Part shown: in pieces, positions 37,877-49,686 of the stretch
How positions within the stretch are numbered: the stretch's first letter is position 1
Layout: the number at the start of each line of letters is the position of its first letter
Assembly: GCF_004010195.1 (NCBI RefSeq)
Contig: NC_057728.1
Span: 51,134,322 to 51,196,373, forward strand
Source of the DNA: Chiloscyllium plagiosum
Taxonomy: Eukaryota
DNA: 62,052 nucleotides
Direction: 5' to 3'
Position numbers and translations under genes: made by a program
Notes under the pieces: model-generated
The model's input: only the letters and a program-made list of their open reading frames with translations
Database searches by the model: none
What the model was told of the DNA's origin: nothing

Positions 37877-39222
37877 TTTGTGCTACATGGGCTGATTGTA
37901 TTTCTACAAATTGTAAAACAACTTTATAGCCTTTAGTGAAACCCCTATGACTTGCTTCATGTGAGTTATCCAGTTCTGATGCCAAGTCACAGAAGGAGAT
38001 ATTAGTATTGGTGAACAGTGAGCAAAGAGGTGGAATTAAAGACTATTTTAAAGGAGGAGAGTAAGGCATTGGGAATTTGGAAGAGCTTAGGACACAAACA
38101 ACTGAAGGCGGGGGCTGCCAAAGGTGAAAGGTTGAAAATCAGGGATGCTTATAAGCATGGAGTTGGGAGGAGGTATGAATGTGACAGTATGTGTTGAGAG
38201 GCTATCAGTAATTTAAGTAGATGGTCTTCTCTGGCTGTGATGCAGGAAATGTGACTGGTCCCTGGGAGCATCCTTGCCAACGTCATAGCTCCCAGTTCTA
38301 CTGCTGGGCCTGAACTGCCAGTTCACCATCTTCTCGGGTGAGTGTGGAAGCTCCAATGTTTTCCAGGTCACTACTCCTCCTTGATGGAGCTACTGAAGAG
38401 GCCTAATTGAGGTGGCCAAGACAGCAAAAGGTTTGGCAAAGGTAGACAAGGAAAAAGGGGGTGTGTGTTGATTGTGGGGTGGGAGTCAGCTGTGAGAAAG
38501 AATTTCCTTGTGCAGTCACTGCTTAATGGAACTCCCTGCTGATGAGTGTGAATGGTTTCAAAAGGAGCTGAGAGTGACACTGGTGGGCTTTCTCTGCCCC
38601 CAGCTGTCACAGACTCCATGTGACAAAACGACCACCTCTGTGGTTGCTATAAACATACAAAGTTATGAATTAAGGGCACGGAATAGGCCACTCGGTCCAC
38701 TGTTCAATCTCATTTGGCTGCACCTCCCGGATCATCTTTCATTCAAGCACGACAGTATCTGATTCAGATCATTTATCACCGTTGGTTATGGGATCTCCTT
38801 GTACCTAAGTGATAATTCCTCAAACACGAATGACCGCCTGAAATCCACTGTGATGCCATTCTTACACACCCCGGTTTATGTTTAAGAGCTAACTGAGATC
38901 AAGCAATGCAGAAATTTTAAAAACTGTTTTATCCCCATTTTTTAAGCAACACCTCGCACTCCCCAGTACCCAAGTCTGTCACCCAACGGGAATATAATTA
39001 CCCATTTACATTTCAGTGTTAAATGATCAGAAAAAAAAACACTGCTGCTGCTGCGATTGTATCTTGCATCCTGGCTGGGAATGAACCCTTATTGTGGCAG
39101 GGAATGTTTCACATTCTTGTTGAATACAGGGTAATACCAGCAGGCAAGTCGCGACAATGTTTCCGGGTGTAACTGGAAGTCAGTGATTGAACAAGCGCCC
39201 AACGCCCGGAGTTCACAGTTAC

Positions 39223-39237
39223 CTTGAAAATTTCCAT
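39223..39237 (-). CDS. TMEM86-like gene, putative first coding exon (MEIFK)
   Basis: ctcATGGAAATTTTCAAG|gtaact; phase 0, in frame with exon 2; lies in a small CpG-containing promoter-like patch. A short first coding exon resembles TMEM86A as I recall it. Confidence 0.65.
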
Positions 39238-39302
39238 GAGATTTTCAGGTTCCAACTCTCACCTCGAACTGCAGACTTATCCGAGTTCATTGCTCGAAAA
39301 TA

Positions 39303-39316
39303 CTTGCCATAGTAAC
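39303..39316 (-). promoter_or_regulatory. RFX X-box-like motif upstream of the TMEM86-like start codon
   Basis: Minus strand GTTACTATGGCAAG versus consensus GTTRCYATGGYAAC (13/14 matches), about 65 nt upstream of the ATG. Confidence 0.55.
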
Positions 39317-39474
39317 CGTAGCAAATGGGAAGTGTTGGTCAACCATTGCTTGTTTATGACCTTTGATGTTAGATTTTGAATGAATTAAAACGTAACCCGC
39401 TCATTATTTTATCAACAATGTGCGTATTTATCTCATCGTTGCGTCAGTGGATGGACTCACACTTGTTAGAAGGA

Positions 39475-39810
39475 GGTCCAGCATGACGAGGAAGGACCAA
39501 AGCAGCATTCTGCAGAAGGGATTAACTCAATTGGTTTAGGAAACATGCAGCTGCTGTAAGCACACCAGTGCAGCAGGGGACCAATGTAGTTATAGAAAGG
39601 AGCACAGCTGTTGTTACAGGAACGAGCAGTGCAGTTTATTATGGGCAGGACTAGTGCAGCATGTTCTCGGAAGGATCAATGCAGTTGTCAAGGGAAGGTC
39701 CAATGTAATTATTACGATAAAAGCCAATGCAGTTGCTGCAAACAAGATCAGTGCAGCTGATGGCAGGAAAGATCAATGCTGTTATTACTAGAAGAACCAA
39801 CGCAGCTTGT
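39475..39810. repeat. Degenerate ~28-30 nt tandem repeat (aggaaggaccaatgcagttgtt-like)
   Basis: Recurrent ggaccaa/gatcaa-tgcag motifs upstream of the TMEM86-like start. Confidence 0.5.
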
Positions 39811-39949
39811 TATTTAAAAACCCGGGAATAAAATCTGCAGGTGCTGTAAATCAGAAACAGAAATTGCTGATACTGCCAGACCTGCTGAGCTTTATCTTTA
39901 CAGAGAAATCAGAGTTAATGTTTCTGGGAAACGTTAACACTGCTTTCTC

Positions 39950-40892
39950 AGTGCTTGGGAGCCTCCCGTGAAGCGCTTCTGTGATCTTTCCTCAGGCATT
40001 TGTTGTGGTTTGAATCTGCCGCCTCCGGTTGTCAGTCCCAGCTGTCCATTGCAGTGGTCGGTATATTGGGTCCAGGTCGATGTGCTTATTGATTGAATCT
40101 GTGGATGAGTGCCATGCCTCTAGGAATTCCCTGGCTGTTCTGTTTGGCTTGTCCTATCTGCTGTAGTGGTTGGTATATTGGGTCGAGGTCGATGTGTTTG
40201 TTGATGGAGTTTGTGGATGAATGCCATGCCTCTAGGAATTCCCTGGCTGTTTTCGGTTTGGCTTGTCCTATAATAGTAGTGTTGTCCCAGTCGAATTCAT
40301 GTTGCTTGTCATCTGCGTGTGTGGCTACTAAGGATACCTGGTCGTGTCGTTTCGTGGCTAGTTGGTGTTCATGGATGCGGATCGTTAGCTGTCTTCCTGT
40401 TTGTCTTATGTAGTGTTTTGTGCAGTCCTTGCATGGGATTTTGCACACTACATTGGTTTTGTCCTTTTCTTCCTCTCTAGTGAATCGGATTCCTGAGAGT
40501 GTGGCGTTGATGATCCGATGTGTGTTCGCTATTTCTGTGTTTTTAATGATTACAAAGGTGTTCATCCACATATCTGACCCAGAGTTTGGGTTGAATTTGC
40601 GGTAAGACTTTTTGTTCTAATCTTTGCATTACCACTTCTGCTATGAGTCCAGAGATGGGTGAGCCCATGGATGTGCCGTTGATTTGTTTATATATTTGGT
40701 TGTTGAATGTGAAGTGTGTTGTGAGGCACAGGTCCAGTAGTTTGAGTATGCAGTCTTTGTAGGTTTGACAAAACCCTAGCCAGAGAAACAAAAGTCAACC
40801 TGCTGGACATACAGAACAGACAACAGGACGTTGAACCTATCAACAAAGACTGCATACTCAAACTACTGGACCTGTGCCTCACAACACACTTC
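39950..40892 (-). mobile_element. Penelope-like retroelement remnant (RT C-terminal part and GIY-YIG endonuclease)
   Basis: THFTFNNQIYKQINGTSMGSPISG...WVRYVDE (PLE RT motifs B/C) and VVCKIPCKDCTKHYIRQTGR..RIHEH..REFLEAWHS (GIY-YIG with CxxC). Frameshifted, with an internal deletion and an inverted 5' segment at 40766-40892. Confidence 0.9.
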
Positions 40893-42938
40893 CTAAACAT
40901 AAAACATACTCTATGTGTACACCTGCAACCCATAGATCACTCTACAATCTAAAGACAACTGTAAGCTTATTTTCTGCAAGCCATTTCTTAAATGTTTCGA
41001 CCTGGCGTATCCACTTCACCATGTACAAGGTACAAAGAACACACAGACCTCCTTATCACTGTGGATGAGACGGCTGGGATTTCATGCACTTGTTCCCATT
41101 CTCAACTCTCCAGGGATGGCCCGAGAATCATTTGTGATGCTTCACTTCCCACTCCTGCATCATTACTGAAGTGTCCACAAGGATCTATCCTTAGCTCCCT
41201 CTTATTTGTCATCTTGATGCCATTCATTTGTAAGTTGCTTTGTCAGCAACACCCCCCCACCTCAATCACCATGTCTGAAATGAATTCCAGTCAGCCATTC
41301 TGCCAAAATATCAGTTAATATGTCATTTTCAGTTTCTTAATTTGAATAGCTCAATTGCTGGGTAGACTTTCAGATGCCTGGGTCCTAAGCTCTGAAAATC
41401 TCCCCACAACCTTCCCAGTTTGTCAGCTGCACCAATTACCCCACGTCACCCCTGTCAAGTTTAGTTCTACAACATACCCGAGATTCTTTGGGAAATTTTA
41501 CAATGTTAAAGCAGCTCTGTTGCCATCACACACACAGTAAACCAGGGCCTGCAATCTCCAAGAAATAGAGGTGCTCTCACTGAAACCTCCAACATACGTA
41601 AGGAGTTAGACAGCATAAAATGTTTCCTCTTGTTGGGGATTGTAGAACCAGGAGCAAGAACCAGGAGGGGGAGCCATTTGGATCTGAGATTAGCAGAATT
41701 TATTTTGTCATAGGCTTGTGAATCCTTAGAATTTCCTATCAGGGTTGTTTTTGAGAAAGTTTAAGGCAGAGATTGATAGATTTCTGATTACCAATGGTGT
41801 ACAGGGTTATGGGATGGGGTGGCTAAAATGCATTGAAGAGTTTGACCAGCCATGACAGTACTGAATAGCAGGGCAGACTTGATAGGCTGAATGGCCTTTT
41901 TCTATTACTGCGGTTCAACTCTAGAGGTTCTCTAGAGTTCTCCTCCTAGGGTTTTGTTACATGCCTGAGGTATTTCTGGACGAAACAGCAACAGAATCAG
42001 GAATAGCCTTACATCCCATTGAGCTTTTTCAGACTTTCAATTAAATCACTGTTGATCATCAATCTCAACATCGTTTTCCACACTATCTCCATAACCCTTG
42101 ATGTTTTAAATATCTAGAAATCTACCCAGCTGTCTTGAACATGCTCAATGATTGAGCCTTCACAGCTCTCTCTATGGTAGATATTTCCAATCACCCCTGA
42201 GTGAAGTAATTCTTTCTTTCTTCAGTTTTAAGTAGCCTATCCCTTTTGTTCAGATTGTATACCCTGGTGTTAGACACACTGTCCAGGGCAAAACAGTTTC
42301 TCTATATTCACACTGTAAGAATTTAGTAAGTTTCAATGAGGTCTCCCTCCATTCTTAAAGCTCATGCAGACCCAGTCTCCTTAAACGATACAAATACAGG
42401 AAGCCATACAGTCCATTATGTCTGTGCTGGCTATATGAACGAACAGTCCATTTAGTCAGGCTCCCCCCACCCCCCACCTCAGTCCAGCAAATGTCTCAAC
42501 AACAAATTAGTAAAGGATTGAAAGTGACAGGAAGAATAAACTTCATGCAGCAAGTGGCGAGGATCTGGAATGCAATGCCTAAACGTGTGGAGAAGACTGG
42601 TTTAATCAAGACATCCAAAACAGAGTCATCTGGAAAGAAATAATGTATAGGATTAAACAGAGAGGCAGGACACAATGGCATTGCATACGTTGCTCATTCA
42701 ATAAGCGGATACTGTAACATCAGGTGCCTTCACTTTACCAATGCCCTTCGCCTCCCTGAGCTTCTCAACTGTCCATTTTCTTTGAAACAATAATCTCCAC
42801 TGTCCCTGCTGATTTTTTCAAGAAGAAAAATGTAAAATGTGATTATAAAGGTGTGGATATGATGGTAATGTACTAACCATACCAACCCTGAATGTATTCC
42901 CTCTCAATACATCAAACTGGGAAACCAGTTTGTGTCCA

Positions 42939-43175
42939 AAAGAGAAAATGCTGGAAAATCTCAGCAGGTCTGGCAGCATCTGTAAGGAGAGAAAAGAGCT
43001 GACGTTTCGAGTCTAACTGACCCTTTGTTAAAGCTCTGACCAGCTTTGACAAAGGGTCAGTTAGACTCTAAACATCAGCTCTTTTCTCTCCTTACATATG
43101 CTACCAGACCTGCTGAGAATTTCCAGCATTTTCTCTTTTGGTTTCAGATTCCAGCATCTGCAGTAATTTGCTTTT
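42939..43175. mobile_element. Penelope-derived palindromic element with a 16-bp TSD
   Basis: 100-bp inverted arms at 42936-43035 and 43042-43141 with a 6-nt loop; perfect TSD aaccagtttgtgtcca at 42923-42938 and 43176-43191. Confidence 0.85.
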
Positions 43176-43337
43176 AACCAGTTTGTGTCCACTGTCAGTG
43201 AATGGAGTTCTATTTACACTGATGGTAACTCCCCATGGATCAGAGATTCTTTACAAACCTTTGTGCAACCATCTTACAATTAGATCCAATAATGGGAAGC
43301 CACAAAAATAAACTGCACAACTAGAAGCAACATTCAA

Positions 43338-43343
43338 TTTATT
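43338..43343 (-). promoter_or_regulatory. PWP1: PWP1 polyadenylation signal
   Basis: AATAAA on the minus strand (tttatt on +), about 150 nt downstream of the stop codon. Confidence 0.7.
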
Positions 43344-43494
43344 ACACAAATGAGACAGGATACCTGCTCAGTAATTTTATATAATGTAATAAGATATTAA
43401 AAAGAATCAGTTGGCATCGTCTTTCCTTGAAATGATCAATGCTATTTGATCAGAGACACTGGGAGGTTGTAGGGAGCTGACTGTCTTCTTCAGC

Positions 43495-43604
43495 CTATGA
43501 TTCCATGACACTTTCTGTCGTGCTGCTAGTCACAGAGCCAGTGACTGTTGACCTCCAGGGTGTAGCTACCTGCAATCTTTCACGAGATCCAAAGGCCGTG
43601 TTCA
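43495..43604 (-). CDS. PWP1: PWP1 last coding exon
   Basis: ttctag|TG...TAG; (V)NTAFGSRERLQVATPWRSTVTGSVTSSTTESVMES*, compared with human VNEAFGRRERL...PMES*. Confidence 0.92.
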
Positions 43605-45716
43605 CTAGAAGTCAACATTGTAACACAAACAAAGAAATTAGGAACTGAACGTCAGAGCATCTGTAGGTATGGGAACAAACAAACACTTTCCACAAACTTA
43701 GCAAGGCTTACAAACAAAGAAAGCAGATATGATATGGCAGCAGTGTGATAAGGTCACAAAATTCTATTCTGGAAGTTCTTCAAGGTAGCCCATGCTATAA
43801 GTAAGGGAGAGACAGTGTGTAGTGGTAATATCACTGGACTAGTAATCCAGAGCTGCAGGCTTATGATCCAGGGACAAGGATTGAAATCCCACGATGATGG
43901 AATCTGAATTCATTACATTCTGCATGTAAAAAAGAACTTGTTCTAATTCTTTAGACTGTAAGAAAAAAATTCAACTGATACAATAATGTCCTTTAGGGAA
44001 GGAAATTTGCCATCCTTACCTGATCTAGCCTAGATGTGACTCCAGATTCTCAGCAATGTGACTGACTCTTAATTGTCCTCTAAAACAGCCTAAAGAGCCA
44101 CTCAGCTCAACAAACAAAACTCTGAAGATGGGTCATATCGAACTCAAAATGTGAACTCAGTTTCTCTCCACACAGATGTTGCCAGGTCTGCTGATTCTCT
44201 CCAGAATACGCTGGTTTTAGAACCAATTGCCAGCATCCACAATATTCTGCTTTTATTGAAGTGAAGAGGAACATTCTGCCACCTGAGGGTGCCCATTCTT
44301 GAGAAGGACCAAACACAGAAGCCAGAGTGCTGCCAACTAAAGCCAAGACTAACATGAGGCTGGATAAACTATTGGATAGGATAAGATAGCCTTTGTACGA
44401 ACATAAATACAACTACCTTCCAAATTACAGTGAACATATCAGCACAGCATTAGTACAGAGCATCAGCTGCTCTCTGCATTTCAATGTTCAATGTCTAAAA
44501 TCTAAAATTCTGGGGGAATCTGGAATTGTCCTTGAATAATATCCAAACTCTCACACATAGCAATCAAAATGCTCAAGTTTTCAAAGACATTACACTGTGA
44601 AGGAACTGTTTCACACACAATAGTGACAATGCAACATCCTTCCAATCACAGTCAACTGAACAAGCACTGCATTCAATATCACACAATAATTAAATGATTC
44701 AGCACAGAAGGATGTTCAGCCCATGGAACCTGTGTCGATTATTTGGCAGCATTATCTATTTAATTCCACACCATCGCTCTTTCTTCACAGTCCTGTAACA
44801 TTTCTCCACGAGTATTTATTCAATTCCTTTTTGTAAGTTACGATTCAACCGGCTTCAATGCTCTTTTCGAACACCACATTCCAGGTCACAACCGGCACCA
44901 ATAAATAAGTTATTATTCAGTGCTTTTTTTGTGCTGGTTACCTTAAATCCTCTGGTTACTGACTCCTCTGCTTTATAAACTGCTTTATCGTATTTAGTAC
45001 CAACACCAGTCCCAGCTGAAGGAGGTTACCTCATCTGTTACCAAAAATATCAAATAAACATCCCGAGTATACTCTATGAGACACCAACCCCTGCAAGTTC
45101 CCTCCTAAGCCCCACACGTCATCCTGACTTGGAAATATATTACTGCTCCTTCTCAGTCGTTGGGTCAAAAACATGGAACTTTTTAACAACATTGTGGGTG
45201 TCGCTATACCCCAAGGACTGCAGCAGCTCACCAAGAGCTGGTAGTGATGGGCAATAAGACCAGCAATACCCACCAAGATTTTAAAATGTTTGCTACTTCT
45301 TAATAAAATGATCTATTCAGCCAAAGTTTATGATGTAATAGATGTCCATTCAGTCTACTGTGTTTGTGCTGCCTCTCTGCTGGGACAATTGAACTGTGAC
45401 CTCGCCATTCACCTACACTCATGTCTTCCCCCAATTCAACTAATTCTACAAATTCACCTTCAAACAAACAGCAACCTCTGCCTAAATCACTATCTGTGGT
45501 AAAAGATTCAGTGTTGCAACAACCCTACACATTTCTTAACCTCTCTCTACACACACTGACTATTTAAAATAATGTCACATTGTCACTGATCCCCCAGTTG
45601 CAGAAATAACCTTCAAATCTTTGTCTGATTGATTGAGTAAGAACATTCTGCACAATCGTTCTCAGTTTATGCAGGTGAGGTGCTAGAAAGCAGAGGTGAT
45701 CAGTGCCAGCCATTAC

Positions 45717-45822
45717 CTGCAGAGATGCTGCTGATGTCCCACATGCGTAGACCTCCCTTCTGACCTCCGAAACAGTAGAGAAATGGAGAGTCTGGACAAC
45801 AAGCTGCACAAAACACCACACC
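45717..45822 (-). CDS. PWP1: PWP1 exon
   Basis: ttgcag|GGT...GCAG|gtaatg; 106 nt; [35 protein letters not shown]. Confidence 0.95.
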
Positions 45823-46646
45823 CTGCAAACAGACAAGGGCACTGTCACAGGTCTGAACCTACCGTGCAAGTTCATTCAATAACTCAAACTTATCCATGAA
45901 ATCACCCTGCACCCTCCCCATCAAGTCGATCATTCTGCGTCACCTCCCACATCTCGTCCCACCAAAACCTGGTCCAGCACTATCTCTGAACCTGTGTAAG
46001 AACAGAGTTTGCTGCCCCACCATCACTGCAAGTTCCACCAAGAGCAGAGATTGGGGTTTTATTGTACTGGAGCTGACAGACACATTAATATCAAACTGTA
46101 AAGTTTGAAATAACTCCCTCTGTCATGAAAACAAACTGCAAAATACATACACAGTTCACCAGCTGATTAACAGCTTTAACCTGGAGTTGCAGCGACACAG
46201 AGACACACAGAATCAGTTAATGTGCCCAAGCAACAGGCACTGCCATCAGTGGCATCCTTCACAGCAGTTCAAATGTTGTGTGAATCGAGTGTATATACGT
46301 GCACGCTCTATTTGTAAGAGTAACTGATACTAACCGGAGAAAGGTTTGGGCAGGGGTTCTTTTGGCACAGTGGTAGTGTTCCTACTTCTGGACTAGAAGG
46401 TCTGGGTTCAAGCCCTACCTCAGGAAGTGATGGGTGGTGCATCATAAAATGTCCAAACAGGTTGATTAAAACAAGAACAACCAGTTTTGCCCTGAGAGAG
46501 GACCATTCTGCAGAAGGGAATACCAGCCTGAATTTACATAGCACTGAGGGCTGCAAGTATTTCCCTTACCATTCAGATGTTGACCTGATTAACACGTTGC
46601 TGGTTCTTCCCTTCAAGCCTATTCTCTCAGCTTTTCAGTCACTTAC

Positions 46647-46768
46647 CATTTTCATATCCCTGGAATGCACCAAGCTGGGCTTGTTCCCCAAAATGTCCCA
46701 AACCTTCACATGTTTATCAGCCGATGATGTTACCAGGCAGCCTTGGATTTGGCTACTGAGCTCCAAAC
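46647..46768 (-). CDS. PWP1: PWP1 exon (WD40 repeat)
   Basis: cttcag|GT...ATG|gtaagt; 122 nt; (G)[40 protein letters not shown]. Confidence 0.96.
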
Positions 46769-48239
46769 CTGAAGAAACAAATTGAATTTGAAATTAAAGT
46801 GGTTAATCAACGCTGTTGCTAGCAATCAGCTCTTGGAGTAACGATTAGGAATCCACAGAGGGAAATGAAATACACAGGAACAGGTCTAGAACCCATTTTG
46901 TTATTCAGTGTGAGCATAGCTACTCTGCACCTTAGTTTTATTTACCTGCCTGAGCTCCAGAGTGGAAATGGATAATTCATAAAAATATAGACAGTGAAGG
47001 AGGATTTCAACTTAAAAGATAATTCAAATACATACTTTACCAAATAGAATTAAAGAGAGGCTTTAACATCAATAAAACCTTGCCTATCTCATCAGATCCA
47101 AAGGAACTGATGCACAGTAGCAATAACATGGCAAAGCCTAGAGACATAGAGTTGGATGTAGGGCAGCAGCCAGGGTTGGGCACCAAACCTGTTCATATAA
47201 ACTAAACATCCATCAATACTAGGGTTTCTGACAGGCTACAGCTTAAGACTTTGAGCAGGAAATTTATTCAAGCTATTTTATTGCAACTGTTTTTTGTTGC
47301 TTTTTATTGTGGGCACCTTCATTCCAAATCGGCTTTGCCGATGGGCACAACAGCACTGTGGCTGGTACTGACAAGTCCCTGTTGTGAAGGAGAGTCAGTG
47401 GGAGTGGCAGGGTGCCTGATCCAAACCTACTACAACCATTACAATATATGAATGGTTACAATTTCCCAAATGTTACTGACTTCTGTCACACTTGCTCTTT
47501 GCTCTGTACATGTGTAAATCTGTGCCTGGTGAGAAGCCAAGTCACAAAACACAGAAACATGGGAAATAGGTGGCAGGATAGGCCATTCGGCCCTTTGAGT
47601 CTGAACCACCATTCAACGTGGTCATGATTGATCATGCAATCTCAGTACCCCATTCCTGCCCTCTCCCCATACCCCTTGATCCCTTTAACCACATGGACCA
47701 TATCCAGCTCCCCCTTAAAAGTCCAACATCTACTGATTCACCATTGTCTCCTGTACTGGTCACATCCTCAAAAATTTCCAGAAGATTTATCAAGCATGAT
47801 TTCCCTTTAGTGAATCCATGCTGACCAGGACCTACATTTTAACAAACTATTGGACATGGGCATCAAATCTCAATCATTTACATCACACTGAGAGGACTGG
47901 GCTTGGACTGACACTATATCAATAACATTGCTCTGTTAGGAGGAGTGATGCTGAAGCATTAGATGGAACCTTAACAATCCGTCCTCTTCTCTCTCCCATT
48001 GTGTGAATCTGTCTGTGACGTAGGTTAGTGGTGTAAAATTGCACAGAAACCAGAAGAGCAAGATTCGCCAGTGTCTTAACCAATTGGTCTTGATCAACAC
48101 CGTCTTTACTTGCTTTTTGAATTACTGGGCTCTAATTCAAGACTAGATTCAGCTATGCAACAGTGACTCTGACTTAAAAGTTGCTCACAATAGAACGGAG
48201 AAGACTAAAGAAAAGGAAGAAAATTTCATGGAGATGTCC

Positions 48240-48720
48240 TTTTATTTCATTCAGGGGTGTAGGTGCTGCTAGCCAGACCAGTATTTATTGATATAATTGA
48301 GAAGAGCTTTGGGAAGTGCTGCGTTGTTGAACTGCTGCAGTACATTTGCTGTTGGTATTCCGTATGCTATTAAGGAGGAAGTCCTAGGATTTTGACCACG
48401 CATCACTGAGGGAACATTAGTATATTACCGAGTCAGAATAGTGTGTGACGTGGAGGGGACCTTGCAAATGGTGGTGTTCCCTGTACCTGCTGCCTCCATC
48501 CTTCCAAACAGCCCAAGGTTTAGACGATGCTGTCCAAGGAGCTTTGATGAATTTCTACAGAGCATTGTGCAGATGGTACACACTGTTGCTACTGAGCATT
48601 GGCAATCAAAGGAGTGAATATTTGAGAATGTAGAGCCCATGAAGCAGGCTGCTTTGTCCTGGATGGCATCCAGCTTCTTGTATACTGTTGGAACTGGTTT
48701 GCGTTTTGTAGATGGTGGAC
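48240..48720 (-). mobile_element. Old LINE 3' fragment (CR1-superclade, second family)
   Basis: KKLDAIQDKAACFMG...IHS...VATVCTI on the minus strand. Related pieces at ~6345-6570 and 45080-45280. Confidence 0.6.
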
Positions 48721-49595
48721 AGGTTATAGATGGGGAAATCAAGTGTCATTAGGAAAGGGTGGGAAAGCGGATGTTAGGAATGTCAGATCAGCCATGATCC
48801 GACCAAATGGCAGAGAGGCCAAATGGCCTATTCCTGTTCCTATTTCTTATGGTATGTTATATTTCAGGTGAAGATTCAGGTTCCCCTTAAATGAGGTGAG
48901 ATTTCTGCTTGAACCAAAGTGGGCTATGAATTCCAGACAGCCATCACCTTCTGCATGAAATTGATTTTCACATCCCCTCTAATCCTTCTATCAACCACCA
49001 TCTGTTGTCTCTGGTAACTGATCTCTCTGCTGGAAGAAAAACAGATTTTCCCTATCCATTCTGTCCAAACCCCTCATTATATTGTACATCTCCATTAAGT
49101 CACCCATCAGACTCCTCTATTCTAAGAAAAACAACCCTAGCTTATCCAATCTTTCCTCAGATCTGCAATCAAGTCTTGGCAATATTCTTGTAAATCTCTC
49201 TGGACCAGTTATGTCCTTCCTGTAACAAGGTGACCAAAACTGGATGCAAATCTCCCAACGTGGCCTCACCTGTGTCACATATAGATTAATCAATCCAGAT
49301 TGAGACATGTCTGATTAATGATTGGACTACAGCTAATCAGTGCCAAGTGATGAGAACTGCTATCAAATTTGGATAGCTTGCGCCAAAATGTTCACATTGA
49401 GTTTGAGAGTAGGGCTCCAGAGGCCAATGATACACAGCATCATCAATTTAGAAAAAAGAGTGTCTACTCAAGTTCAAAATATCAATTAAAAGATGAAATC
49501 GGCCAAGAACAAACTCTGTCACACTGCTCAGAAGCTGGAGCCAAGACAGATCATTTGGTTTCTAAACCACAATCAGTTAATAAGGCATTTCTTAC

Positions 49596-49686
49596 CTGTT
49601 ACTTCGCCATCATGAGCTCTCAGTGTGAAAAGTGGTTTCTCTGAACGTGCATCTAAACAGTACACAAAACCATCCTCTGTGCTGGC
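49596..49686 (-). CDS. PWP1: PWP1 exon
   Basis: tttcag|GCC...ACAG|gtaaga; 91 nt; [30 protein letters not shown]. Confidence 0.96.
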
